Notes under the pieces: generated by a model
What the model was told of the DNA's origin: nothing
Databases searched by the model: none
Seen by the model: the letters and a program-made list of their open reading frames with translations, nothing else
NCBI GenBank assembly: GCA_016711505.1
Contig: JADJSV010000018.1
Location: 320,352-384,351 of the forward strand
Length of the DNA: 64,000 nt
Direction of reading: 5' to 3'
Source: Bacteroidota bacterium
GTDB lineage: Bacteria; Bacteroidota; Bacteroidia; AKYH767-A; 2013-40CM-41-45
In this document: piece after piece, positions 21,086-31,621 of the stretch
How positions within the stretch are numbered: position 1 is the stretch's first letter
Layout of the letters: every line of letters begins with the position of its first letter
Position numbers and translations under genes: made by a program

Positions 21086-21460
21086 TCTGCTTGATTGGAA
21101 AACACATTTACCTGTTTTAAGAGAATGGAAAGAAGAAGGAATTAAAAATTATATTGGCATCACACACTATCAGGATTCAATGCATGATGAGCTTACAAAA
21201 ATAATTTTTTCCGAAAAAATTGATTTTTCCAATTTAATTATTCAATCGATTTACTGTACTAAGAGAAAAAATTATTAAAAGTAGCCGGAGACAATGGTGT
21301 TGCAACTTTGATCAACAGATCATTTGGTGGTGGCAGGTTGTTTGAAAAGTAAAAGGGAAAAATTACCGGAATGGTGTATTGAAGTCGGAATAAAAAACTG
21401 GAGTGAGTATTCCCGACTATAATTTAAGACGGAAAATGGTCAATCAACTTAATTTAATCT
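21086..21460 (+). pseudogene. decayed duplicate of the 3' end of the aldo/keto reductase gene at 15403-16220
   Basis: I estimate 85-90% nucleotide identity to 15740-16220, with a roughly 100-bp internal deletion and stop codons in frame. Confidence 0.6.
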
Positions 21461-21463
21461 GAC

Positions 21464-23572
21464 CTATTTAATAATTGAAATCTTGAATTGATAATTAACC
21501 TTTCCACTTTCTGAAAGTAATTTTCCTACATAAATACCATTTGAAAGATTCTCAAGTTCAATATCAGTTTCTGCTGATTCTAGTTCTGCTGATTTTACGA
21601 ATATTCCTTGTAGATCATAAATTTTAAGTAAAATATTTTCATTAATACTTTCCGGCGTTTTTAAATGTATGTTTCCATTCGTTGGATTAGGATAAACTGA
21701 CAATTCTTTTTCTGAATTAGAAATATAACCAACACCAAGAATAGTGTTTTCCCGCCATATTCCTTGATATTCTGAACCAATATATAATCTGTCATTAATC
21801 AATGTCAAATTTCTTGATTCAAATGGAAGGTTTGAATATAATGGCGTCCAGTCAATTCCATTATTAGAAGAAGTGTAAATTCCATTCTTTCTTAGCAAGC
21901 CAATTAACTCGCCATTTCTTCCAACGATTGAGTGTGGAGTAAGCTGGGTTCCTCTGTGATCTTGGCACACCGTTTAAAGGAGATTGATTCCATGTTTGTC
22001 CGGAATCCAAACTTGTATAGAGTGTTGAAGCAGTTGTCGAAATAAGTATATTATTTACAAAAGTTGTATTCGAAAGATATAAATTATTAGTCTGGGATGG
22101 AATGCAGTATAAATATGTCCAAGATGATGTTACGGGATCAAACTTAAAGATGCCGCCAGTAAATGTATTTGCAATTAGATCATTTCCTATCGCGCATAAC
22201 GTACCGGAAAAATTTGAACTAGTAGTACATCCCGAAATGATTGGAAGAGGAGGTAGTGACGTCCAATTATCCCCAAGGTCATCACTATAAAAAAGTTTAG
22301 TGCTTGTTTTGCAATAGAATCTGTTATTTATTTTGATAGGTGGACTGTATAAAACGACGTTTGAACTCGAACCTGTATTTAATCCCTGTTGCCAGGTAAT
22401 CCCCGATCGTAACTTCTAATGAAGTAAAGATTTGTAGAAAAGATGCTGTCGCCGCTTACAATTATTGATGACATATTTCTATTTATAGTATCCCAATTTA
22501 GGCCATCAGTTTCACTTTTATTAAGAATATTTAGTTCAGCTGTGCAATACAAAACATTGCTATTCCCTTCTAAATTTAAAATGAATTGACCTTTGATTCC
22601 AGAACATGATAAATATGCAGAGTCGAGAGATGGAATATAGTGGACAAGATTGTAAAGTTCATTGCTAAAGGATAATTCATCTCCATTTGGCAAAGTATAG
22701 CGATTCTGATATCGTACTTGATATGGAATTGGAGAAGCTGTCCAGGTTATACCAAAATCACTAGACACAGTATAATTATTTGATCGATCTACCCAATATA
22801 ATAAATTGTCTGCTGACCGAAGGAAGAAAAATATTGTTGAGTCAATTGTCACTGATGTATTCCATGTTATACCTCTGTCTTCACTTTTCATAATTGATAC
22901 AAAACCTGGTGGACCCCATTTATATCCGAATACTAAAGAGTCAATTATAAGTTTATGTTGAATCTGATCTAGTGAGTCTATTCTTGAAAAATTTAAGGTA
23001 GTATCAGAAATATAATGTTTGGACTCAAGAGAATCGAAGCTCACTAGATAAAGAAAATTGTTGCTGAAGACGGATCCTACAAACTCTCCACCATCAGGCA
23101 TGTTTATCGGATAATAAGTGCTGCCAAAATCGTCAGATTCAAGAATAGTTGGAGCTGCACTTACAATTATTTTATTGCCAAATCTATTTAGCGAAGGTTC
23201 AATTATATATGTGTATATTAGTGTATCAAGCGGCCAAGTTTGGCCACCATCAAAACTTTTTGTCACATGTATACTATCGTACGAATCATAAACTTCAATT
23301 CCGGAAAAATAGAGAAGTACTATGGTATCAGAAGATGTTAACATAGAACAAATCTGCTTACCTTGAAAATCGGAAAATGCTACCCAATTTCTCCCTTCAT
23401 TTGGAGAGATATACAAATTCTGCATTGATCCGCAGAGGATACCTGTTGAAATTTTTGCAAAACAATTTGGAAAGCATCCCTCTGGACCATTTAGTTGTGT
23501 GAATTGGGCCATTCCGTTTAGACTTGAAAACAGGAAAGTTGCAAGTAATATGAAAGTGTTTTTTAGGTTCAT
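21464..23572 (-). CDS. BNR/Asp-box repeat T9SS cargo protein (frameshifted between 21970 and 22379)
   Basis: Signal peptide; Asp-box motifs (SFDGGQTWP, SEDRGITWN, SSDFGITWT); C-terminal fragment 21464-21970 carries the Por-secretion tail (ELSVYPNPTNGNIHL...GIYVGKL). Confidence 0.55.
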
Positions 23573-23672
23573 TTTTAAATATTCTATGGACTTAAAAATA
23601 TGGAAATTCTTTCAATCAGCTAACTTTTGCTTTAAAGCATTGTTTATGAGTACATAAAACCCACTAAAAAGG

Positions 23673-23703
23673 TTGGATTTCACCCCCTGAAAGCCTACCT
23701 TTG
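23673..23703 (+). promoter_or_regulatory. candidate Bacteroidota sigma-A promoter of the suf operon
   Basis: TTG (23673-23675), 20-nt spacer, TACCTTTG (23696-23703) matching the Bacteroidetes -33 TTG / -7 TAnnTTTG consensus; 29 nt upstream of the sufA ATG. Confidence 0.35.
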
Positions 23704-23732
23704 TACCTGATTTTAAAGCAGAAAGGCAAAAA

Positions 23733-24059
23733 ATGATAACGGTAACAGAGCGCGCCAAAGAAAAAGCGCTGGAATTGATTCAAAAAGACCATAAACCGGC
23801 TGATTCGTTCATTCGAGTGGGTGTGGAAGGTGGCGGTTGTTCAGGTTTGACATACAAACTGGACTTCGATAATGTGCAATTACCTGAGGACAAAGTGTTT
23901 GAAGATAAGGGAATTAAGATCGTTTGCGACAAGAAGAGCTTCCTGTACCTGATTGGTACTGAGCTTGATTTCTCAGATGGACTGAATGGTAAAGGATTCA
24001 ATTTTATCAATCCAAATGCTTCCCGTACTTGTGGTTGTGGTGAAAGTTTTTCGGTGTAA
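23733..24059 (+). CDS. sufA: Fe-S cluster insertion protein, HesB/IscA/SufA family
   Basis: 108 aa; GGGCSG and C-terminal CGCGESF motifs. Confidence 0.8.
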   Translation: MITVTERAKEKALELIQKDHKPADSFIRVGVEGGGCSGLTYKLDFDNVQLPEDKVFEDKGIKIVCDKKSFLYLIGTELDFSDGLNGKGFNFINPNASRTCGCGESFSV

Positions 24060-24177
24060 TTTTTTTTGCCCGAATTCCTTAATTAGATTAAGTCTGATTA
24101 AAGATAACGTTCGATAACGTTGTTTTTAATTTAATAAAGAAGTAAATAAAACATCAGGGACTAATTCCCATTGATTC

Positions 24178-25619
24178 ATGTCAGATACAAAGATCATAGA
24201 CGATATCACCCAAAGCGAATACAAGTATGGCTTTGTCAGTAATATCGAATCCGATAATGCACCGAAAGGATTGAACGAAGAGATCGTTCGGTTCATCTCT
24301 GCAAAAAAAAATGAACCTGAATGGTTACTCGAATGGCGATTGAAATCTTTTCGTCATTGGTTAACTATGACCGAACCGAAATGGCCGAATGTTCATTATC
24401 CGGAAATTAATTTTCAGGATATCATCTATTACTCTGCACCGAAACAAAAATTACACTGAACTCACTGGATGAAGTTGATCCGGAAATTCGTGCAACGTTT
24501 GATAAACTTGGCATCTCTCTCGAAGAACAAAAACGTTTAACAGGTGTTGCTGTTGATGCTGTCATCGATAGCGTTTCTGTAAAAACAACTTTTCGCGGAG
24601 CACTTGCTGAACTTGGAATAATCTTCTGTTCATTCAGTGAAGCAGTTCATGATCACCCGGAACTGATAAAAAAATATTTAGGCTCTGTCGTTCCGAGTAC
24701 CGATAATTTTTATGCAGCATTGAACTCCGCAGTTTTCAGCGATGGTTCTTTCTGTTATATTCCAAAAGGCGTTCGTTGCCCGATGGAATTATCGACGTAC
24801 TTCAGAATAAATTCTGCCGGCACCGGACAATTCGAACGTACACTCATCATCGCTGATGAAGGTGCATTCGTTAGTTATCTGGAAGGTTGCACTGCTCCAA
24901 TGCGTGATGAAAATCAATTGCATGCTGCAGTAGTAGAAATTTACGCTCACAAAGATGCACAGGTAAAATACAGTACAGTACAAAACTGGTATCCGGGCGA
25001 TAAAAATGGAAAAGGCGGAATCTATAATTTCGTAACCAAGCGCGGAATTTGTGCAGGTGATAATTCAAAGATCTCATGGACGCAAGTTGAAACAGGTTCA
25101 TCTATCACCTGGAAATATCCGAGTGTGATTTTGAAAGGTGATAATTCTGTTGGTGAATTCTATAGTGTAGCCGTAACGAATAATTATCAGCAGGCTGATA
25201 CCGGAACGAAAATGATTCACCTCGGAAAAAATACGAAGAGTACAATCGTATCAAAAGGTATTTCCGGTGGACATAGTCATAACAGTTACCGTGGACTCGT
25301 TCGCATTTCACCAAAAGCAGAAAATGCCCGCAACTATTCGCAATGTGATTCACTATTACTCGGCGACAAATGCGGCGCACATACATTCCCATATCTTGAA
25401 GTAAACAATAAATCAGCAACAGTAGAACACGAAGCTACAACATCAAAAGTCGGCGAAGACCAGATCTTTTATTGCAACCAACGCGGCATCTCTAACGAAG
25501 ATGCAGTAGGACTGATTGTTAACGGTTATTGCAAAGAAGTCTTTAACCAACTACCAATGGAATTCGCTGTGGAGGCGCAGAAGTTGCTGGCGGTTTCTTT
25601 AGAGGGAAGTGTGGGGTGA
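24178..25619 (+). CDS. sufB: Fe-S cluster assembly protein SufB (1-nt frameshift in an A5 run at 24446-24450)
   Basis: N-terminal fragment 24178-24459 and C-terminal fragment 24720-25619 are both SufB; the intervening frame reads ...[26 protein letters not shown]..., restored by adding one A. Confidence 0.85.
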
Positions 25620-25764
25620 TTTTGTTTGCTGGTTGCATGTTACAGCATATTAGTATGCCTAAAAAAATAAAAGTAAATAAGTTGGTTCATTGGTAACCTG
25701 CAAACCTGAAAATTGCAACCTGCAAACCAAAGTTGATAAAGTACATTAGAATTAAACAAAAAAA

Positions 25765-26525
25765 ATGCTATCAATTAAAAATCTATCTGCTAGAGTAGAA
25801 GATAAAGAAATATTAAATGGCTTCAACCTCGAAGTAGGTAAAGGAGAAGTCCACGCCATCATGGGCCCTAACGGTTCAGGAAAAAGCACTCTTGCTTCAG
25901 TATTGCGGGGAGAGAAAGTTATGAAGTCACTGATGGTGAAGTAAAGTTTAATGGAGAGGATCTTTTAGATATGTCGCCCGAAGACAGCGCACGTAAGGGG
26001 TTATTTCTTGCTTTTCAATATCCCGTTGAAATTCCCGGAGTAACGAATGCTAACTTTCTAAAGACAGCATTAAACGAAGTTCGTAAATCAAAAGGTCTTG
26101 CGCCGATGGATTCGAAAGACTTTTTGGTGTTGATGAAGGAAAAGATGAAACTCGTTGAAATGGACAAAGCAATGACGCAGCGTTCAGTGAATGAAGGTTT
26201 CAGTGGAGGTGAGAAAAAACGCAATGAAGTTTTTCAAATGGCAATGCTCGAACCGACGCTTTCTATACTTGATGAAACTGATTCAGGTCTGGATATTGAT
26301 GCCTTGAGAATTGTTGCTAACGGTGTGAATGCATTGAGAAGCCCTGAACGTTCTTTCATCGTTATCACTCACTATCAGCGATTACTTGACTATATCGTAC
26401 CTGATTTCGTTCACGTATTGTACAAAGGAAAAATAGTAAAGTCCGGGACAAAAGAACTTGCTTTCGAACTGGAAGAAAAAGGTTACGACTGGATCAAAGA
26501 AGAAGTAGATGCAGCCAAAGTATAA
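25765..26525 (+). CDS. sufC: Fe-S cluster assembly ATPase SufC (1-nt frameshift in a G4 run at 25907-25910)
   Basis: Walker [10 protein letters not shown] at the N-terminus; the supplied ORF 25971-26525 is the C-terminal part (ABC signature LSGGEKKR, Walker [11 protein letters not shown]). Confidence 0.85.
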
Positions 26526-26539
26526 TTGGCAGAAACATT

Positions 26540-27841
26540 ATGAATACAACGATCAATACAATGCCGGAATATTTAACACGGTATTTTGAAAATAATAATC
26601 TGGCGGGACCTGCTGTTTTGAAGCAGATCAGAAAAGATGCGCTTGCACGTTTTGAAGCATTAGGAATTCCTTCGACTAAACATGAAGAATGGAAGTATAC
26701 AAATCTCGCACAACTTTCTAAATCAGAATTTCATCCCGCACTTTATCATACACTTTCTGAAAACGATGTTGTGAATGATATGATCGCCGGAAAAGATGTT
26801 GTTCTTATGGTTTTTGAAAATGGAAGATTTAACGAAGAACTTTCGAATTTCAATGACCTTCCTGAAGGGGTCACTATCGGAAATCTTTCCGATAACTTAG
26901 ATAATACTTTAGTAGTTGAAAATATTTCACGCCACGCTTCTTTTCAGAATGAAGCTATGGTTGCATTGAACACAGCACATATTTCAGAAGGTTCATTCAT
27001 TCACATTGCTAAAGGCGTAATATTTGAAAAACCAATTCATCTGATGTACATCTCCGGTGGTGAAGCTGATACTCTTGCATTACCAAGAAATCTGCTTATC
27101 GCAGAAAAAAATTCTTCAGTGAATGTCATTGAAAGTTTTCACTCTCGGGGCAGAGAAACGTCTTTTATCAATATCGTTACTGAAGTTGTAATGGAAGAGA
27201 ATGCAAAAGTTGAGTGGTCAAAAATTCAACTTGAGAATTCTAATACAATTCATATTAGTCATACTGAATGTACTCAGGCAGTGAATTCGAATTTTGATAT
27301 TCACACCATTACTTTTGGAGGAAAAATAGTCCGGAACAATCTGCACATTGTATTGAACGGAAAAAATATTACTGCAAACCTCAACGGATTGTATGTTGGT
27401 GGTGGTGATTCGCTGATCGATAATCATACGCTTGTTGATCATGCAATGCCTAATTGCCAGAGTAATGAACTTTACAAAGGTGTTTTAGATGGCAGATCTA
27501 AAGGTGTGTTCAACGGAAAAATTTTCGTTCGTAAAGATGCCCAGAAATCAAACGCTTATCAATCGAATAAAAATATTTTGATGTCTGACGAAGCTTCCAT
27601 GAATGCAAAACCGCAACTGGAGATCTTCGCTGATGATGTTAAATGTAGCCACGGTGCTACAACCGGTCAACTCGACAAAGAAGCCCTCTTCTATTTACGC
27701 AGTAGGGGTATCGGTGAAGAAGCGGCACGGGCTTTTCTTACCATTGCTTTTGCTGAAGATGTTCTCAACAGAATTACGAATGAAACACTTCGTGAAGAAT
27801 TGAAATCACGAATCAGCGAAAGATTAATTGCAAAAAATTAA
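26540..27841 (+). CDS. sufD: Fe-S cluster assembly protein SufD
   Basis: 433 aa; position between sufC and sufS; SufBD-family C-terminal beta-helix region. Confidence 0.8.
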   Translation: MNTTINTMPEYLTRYFENNNLAGPAVLKQIRKDALARFEALGIPSTKHEEWKYTNLAQLSKSEFHPALYHTLSENDVVNDMIAGKDVVLMVFENGRFNEELSNFNDLPEGVTIGNLSDNLDNTLVVENISRHASFQNEAMVALNTAHISEGSFIHIAKGVIFEKPIHLMYISGGEADTLALPRNLLIAEKNSSVNVIESFHSRGRETSFINIVTEVVMEENAKVEWSKIQLENSNTIHISHTECTQAVNSNFDIHTITFGGKIVRNNLHIVLNGKNITANLNGLYVGGGDSLIDNHTLVDHAMPNCQSNELYKGVLDGRSKGVFNGKIFVRKDAQKSNAYQSNKNILMSDEASMNAKPQLEIFADDVKCSHGATTGQLDKEALFYLRSRGIGEEAARAFLTIAFAEDVLNRITNETLREELKSRISERLIAKN

Positions 27842-29088
27842 TGGACAGTGTAATTACAGATCCGGTGACTAAAGCACCATTTGATGTTGAATCTGTCAGA
27901 CGAGATTTTCCTGTACTGAAAGGAAAAGCTCATGGAAAACCTTTGATTTATTTTGATAATGCTGCGACAAGTCAGAAACCACAGGTGGTGATTGATAAAC
28001 TGGTCGACTATTACTCTAATTATAATGCTAACATTCATCGTGGTGTTCATTATCTAAGTCAGAAAGCTTCGAATGAATTTGATGTTGTTCGCTCAATCGT
28101 TCAGAAATTCATTAACGCTTCTTCTGAAAGAGAGATCATTTTTGTTAAAGGAACTACCGAAGGAATAAATTTAGTCGCATCGACTTATGGCCGGAAGAAT
28201 GTAAAGGCCGGTGATGAAGTGATTGTGTCTGCAATGGAGCATCATAGTAACATCGTTCCATGGCAAATGCTTTGTGAGGAAAAAGGAGCTACTCTGAAAG
28301 TCATTCCGATGAATGAAAAAGGAGAGATCATAATGGATGAGTATAAAAAATTACTGTCTGATAAAACGAAATTTGTCAGCGTAGTTCATACTTCAAATTC
28401 TCTTGGTACGGTGAATCCGGTGAAAGAGATCATTCGTCTTGCTCATGAAAGAAATATTCCTGTGATGGTGGATGCTGCTCAAGGTATTGTACATTCAACA
28501 ATCGATGTACAAAAACTGGATTGTGATTTTTTAACTTTTTCAGGACATAAAGTATTTTCTCCAACAGGAACAGGTGTTTTATTTGGAAAAACTGAATTGC
28601 TTGAAGCGATGCCACCATATCAGGGTGGAGGTGAGATGATCAGTTCAGTGAAATTTGAGAAAACGACTTACAATGAGATACCATATAAGTTTGAAGCCGG
28701 TACTCCTAATATTGCTGATGTAATTGGTTTAGGAGCCGGACTGAATTATTTTTCCGGAATTGATCAGGCAGGAGCGCATGCTCATGAGCAGGCTTTGCTG
28801 AAATATGCTTCGGAGAAATTGTCTGCTATCGACGGAGTACGACTGATCGGAACTGCAAAAGAAAAGGCAAGTGTTGTTTCATTTGTCATTGATGGATTGA
28901 ATGCACTTGATGTCGGAATGTTTCTTGATACGATGGGAATTGCTGTCCGCACCGGACAACATTGTACTGAACCTGTAATGGATCAATTCTGTATTCCAGG
29001 AACAATACGAGCTTCGTTTTTATTCTATAACACATTTGCTGAAATCGATTCTTTAATAGAAGGAGTGAAAAGGCAATTAAATTACTGA
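27841..29088 (+). CDS. sufS: cysteine desulfurase SufS (class V PLP aminotransferase)
   Basis: PLP-Lys context FSGHKVFSPTGTGVLFG, catalytic Cys region RTGQHCTEP; TAATG stop/start overlap with sufD. Confidence 0.85.
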   Translation: MDSVITDPVTKAPFDVESVRRDFPVLKGKAHGKPLIYFDNAATSQKPQVVIDKLVDYYSNYNANIHRGVHYLSQKASNEFDVVRSIVQKFINASSEREIIFVKGTTEGINLVASTYGRKNVKAGDEVIVSAMEHHSNIVPWQMLCEEKGATLKVIPMNEKGEIIMDEYKKLLSDKTKFVSVVHTSNSLGTVNPVKEIIRLAHERNIPVMVDAAQGIVHSTIDVQKLDCDFLTFSGHKVFSPTGTGVLFGKTELLEAMPPYQGGGEMISSVKFEKTTYNEIPYKFEAGTPNIADVIGLGAGLNYFSGIDQAGAHAHEQALLKYASEKLSAIDGVRLIGTAKEKASVVSFVIDGLNALDVGMFLDTMGIAVRTGQHCTEPVMDQFCIPGTIRASFLFYNTFAEIDSLIEGVKRQLNY

Positions 29089-29097
29089 AGAACTAAA

Positions 29098-29523
29098 ATG
29101 AAGATCGAAGAAATTGAAAAATCAATAGTTGAAGATTTTGAACTCTTCGATGAATGGGCTGAAAAATATCAGTACATCATTGAACTGGGACAAAAACTTC
29201 CACCTCTTGATGATAAATATAAAATTGAAGAAAATAAGATCAAAGGTTGCCAAAGCAGTGTTTGGTTAAATGCATATAGTAAAGAAGGAAAAGTATTTTT
29301 TGAAGCTGACAGCGACTCTACCTTTGTGAAAGGTGAGATTGCATTACTTATAAATGTTCTTTCCGGACAAGATCCAAAAGATGTTGTTGAAACTGATTTA
29401 AAGTTCATCGATGAAATTGGATTACGTCAGCATATTGCAGTTACCCGCGCTAACGGACTTGCATCAATGATCAAGCAAATGAAATTATACGCATTAGGTT
29501 TGAACTCGAAACAATCGGCATGA
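29098..29523 (+). CDS. sufE: sulfur acceptor SufE
   Basis: 141 aa, conserved Cys in KIKGCQSSVWL. Confidence 0.8.
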   Translation: MKIEEIEKSIVEDFELFDEWAEKYQYIIELGQKLPPLDDKYKIEENKIKGCQSSVWLNAYSKEGKVFFEADSDSTFVKGEIALLINVLSGQDPKDVVETDLKFIDEIGLRQHIAVTRANGLASMIKQMKLYALGLNSKQSA

Positions 29524-29870
29524 CAGAAAACACGCCATCAACTATAACTCCAGACGGTCATCCGGTCAGATCGTTACGTGAACGAGTGATTGAAACATTG
29601 AAAACATGTTACGATCCGGAAATTCCTGTCGATATCTATGAGCTCGGATTAATTTATGAGATCAAAGAACTTCCCGGGAACGACTTGCATATTAAAATGA
29701 CATTGACATCACCCGCATGTCCGGTTGCTGAAACTTTACCGGTTGATGTAGAAAATAAATTAAAATTAATGCCCGACGTTAACAATGCCACAGTAGAAAT
29801 CACATTCGACCCGCCATGGGAAAAGGATATGATGAGTGAAGAGGCGAAGTTGGAGTTGGGGATGTGGTGA
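29520..29870 (+). CDS. sufT: DUF59 / SufT-like Fe-S assembly protein (MIP18 family)
   Basis: 116 aa, TSPACPVAE motif; ATGA overlap with the sufE stop. Confidence 0.7.
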   Translation: MTENTPSTITPDGHPVRSLRERVIETLKTCYDPEIPVDIYELGLIYEIKELPGNDLHIKMTLTSPACPVAETLPVDVENKLKLMPDVNNATVEITFDPPWEKDMMSEEAKLELGMW

Positions 29871-29876
29871 GTCGAA

Positions 29877-29955
29877 GTTCAATGTTCAAAGTTCAAAGTT
29901 CAAAGTTGGCTTCGTAGGTGACTACGAAGCCAACTTTGAACTTTGAACATTGAAC
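29877..29955. repeat. long hairpin built from GTTCAAA heptamer repeats
   Basis: Left arm: GTTCAAT plus three GTTCAAA units plus GTTGGCTTCGTAG. Loop: GTGA. Right arm: CTACGAAGCCAAC, two TTTGAAC units, ATTGAAC. This gives a 34-bp perfect stem with one extra unpaired heptamer on the left. Confidence 0.6.
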
Positions 29956-29976
29956 AAAAAAAACATTCTAAAGAAA

Positions 29977-30489
29977 ATGGAACCTATCATAAATAAAGTA
30001 GCTTCTTCCGGTCTTATCACCATCGACCTTGAAGATCTCTATCCTGAAGAAGAGCGTATACTTTTTGATCTAAAGCCGTGGTTGTTTCAGGAATTGATAC
30101 TTAAAGAAAAAGACTTTCGTGAAAATTTAAAAACGCACGACTGGAGTCAATACAAAGATAAATTTGTTGCTGTTGTTTGTTCAGCTGATGCAATTGTTCC
30201 GGCGTGGACGTACATGTTGATTTTTTCCCAGCTTGAACCTGTTGCTAAAAAAATTATTTTCGGTGATCTGAAGAGACTTGAAGAAGAAATTTTTGAAGAT
30301 GTGATCGATTCAATCGATGCAGAAAAGTATCGTGATCAACGTGTGATCATTAAAGGCTGTTCGAAAAAAGAAATTCCACTTTTTACTTATGCTGCATTGA
30401 CTGCTAAGCTTCGTCCTTTTGTAAAGAGTATCATGTTTGGGGAACCTTGTAGTACTGTGCCGGTGTTCAAGAGGAAGGACACTGTTTAA
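29977..30489 (+). CDS. DUF2480-like protein commonly found downstream of suf operons in Bacteroidota
   Basis: Position after sufT; FVAVVCSADAIVPAWTYML motif. The supplied ORF begins on a TTG inside the hairpin; ATG at 29977 preferred. Confidence 0.45.
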   Translation: MEPIINKVASSGLITIDLEDLYPEEERILFDLKPWLFQELILKEKDFRENLKTHDWSQYKDKFVAVVCSADAIVPAWTYMLIFSQLEPVAKKIIFGDLKRLEEEIFEDVIDSIDAEKYRDQRVIIKGCSKKEIPLFTYAALTAKLRPFVKSIMFGEPCSTVPVFKRKDTV

Positions 30490-30492
30490 ATT

Positions 30493-30601
30493 AGGTCAAA
30501 GGTTAAAGGTCAAAGGTCACGCGGACTGGCAAAACTCCTAGCTTAATTGGAAATTTCGACTTTTTCTGTGGTTTTTCTGCGTTTTCTGCGCAATTCTGCG
30601 G
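30493..30601. repeat. tandem heptamer (AAAGGTC/AAAGGTT x4) and nonamer (TTTTCTGCG x3-4) repeat tract
   Basis: AGGTCAAAGGTTAAAGGTCAAAGGTCAC at 30493-30520 and TTTTCTGTGGTTTTTCTGCGTTTTCTGCGCAATTCTGCGG at 30562-30601, in the intergenic region downstream of the DUF2480-like gene. Confidence 0.4.
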
Positions 30602-30686
30602 GAAATAAATTTTTGTCGCTATTATTTTGGAATATGCTGAAAATTGATTTGCTTTGTATCGCAAAGTACTTTTAAATCAATCAAAA

Positions 30687-31325
30687 ATGAACCAGCAGGA
30701 AAAGCAACTAGAAACACTGACAGAGATCCGTTCACTCATGGAACGCTCTTCACGTTTTATTTCTCTCAGCGGACTCTCAGGAATATTTGCAGGAATTTTT
30801 GCTCTCCTGGGCGCAACTGCTGTCGCTGTTAATTATGGTTTTACATTCGATTCAATGTTTTATTATGGAAAAGCAGAACTTGAAACAGGTGAAGCAAATT
30901 TGTCTTTTTATATTTTCTTTGGAATTATTGCATTAAGTATGGTTGTCGCTTCGCTGACTTTTGGTTACTACTTTACTTCTAAAAAAGCAAAAAAGAATAA
31001 CCTTGCAGTATGGGATTCATCTGCAAAAAGATTACTCATTAATTTATTTATTCCTTTAGTTACCGGCGGATTGTTTTGCGAAATTTTAATTTATCACGAA
31101 CTACTTCCACTTGTTGTTCCTTCTACACTTATATTTTACGGACTTGCTTTACTCAATGCAAGTAAATACACATTAAACGATATTCGTTTTTTGGGAATCT
31201 GTGAAATTATTCTTGGATTAGCTTCAGCTATATTTGTGAAATATGGATTACTTTGCTGGACAATCGGTTTTGGTTTACTTCATATCATTTATGGTACAGC
31301 AATGTATTACAAGTACGAGCGATGA
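30687..31325 (+). CDS. hypothetical polytopic membrane protein
   Basis: About 5 hydrophobic segments; the supplied ORF starts at TTG 30654, ATG at 30687; its stop overlaps the next gene's start (ATGA). Confidence 0.45.
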   Translation: MNQQEKQLETLTEIRSLMERSSRFISLSGLSGIFAGIFALLGATAVAVNYGFTFDSMFYYGKAELETGEANLSFYIFFGIIALSMVVASLTFGYYFTSKKAKKNNLAVWDSSAKRLLINLFIPLVTGGLFCEILIYHELLPLVVPSTLIFYGLALLNASKYTLNDIRFLGICEIILGLASAIFVKYGLLCWTIGFGLLHIIYGTAMYYKYER

Positions 31326-31621
31326 AAAATTATATCGACGATCTTAATAAAGCATTCGAAAGCAGGATCAGGCTCGGTATCATGTCCATTCTCATGGTCA
31401 ATGATTCGGTTGACTTTAATACTTTCAAAGAATTGCTCAATATTACAGATGGTAACCTTGCCAGTCATGCTGCTGCCTTAGAAAAACTGGAATTCATTCT
31501 GATCAGAAAACAATTCGTTGGAAAAAAACCTAATACGACTTATGCAATTACAAAAAAGGGACGTAAAGCTTTCGGAGAACATCTCGATGGACTTGAAAAA
31601 TTATTAAAAAAAAGAGAGTGA
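31322..31621 (+). CDS. small winged-helix transcriptional regulator (HTH_34-like)
   Basis: About 100 aa, RLGIMSIL....F..L...L..T.GNLS.H...LE..G.I motif; translationally coupled to the upstream membrane protein. Confidence 0.55.
   Translation: MKNYIDDLNKAFESRIRLGIMSILMVNDSVDFNTFKELLNITDGNLASHAAALEKLEFILIRKQFVGKKPNTTYAITKKGRKAFGEHLDGLEKLLKKRE

Noticed and set aside
13315-25910. Phase variation (slipped-strand switching) as the cause of the homopolymer frameshifts in the repeat-cargo gene and elsewhere
   Set aside because: The same class of error also breaks essential sufB and sufC and several other housekeeping genes. Runs are short (A4-A5). Systematic miscalling is the simpler explanation.
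30493-30520. AGGTCAAAGGTCA, which matches a eukaryotic nuclear-receptor DR1 element
   Set aside because: Coincidental resemblance. The organism is bacterial and the motif is part of a heptamer tandem array.
29877-30601. CRISPR array
   Set aside because: Repeat units are 7-9 nt, contiguous with no spacers, and no cas genes are present. These are simple tandem repeats or a hairpin.
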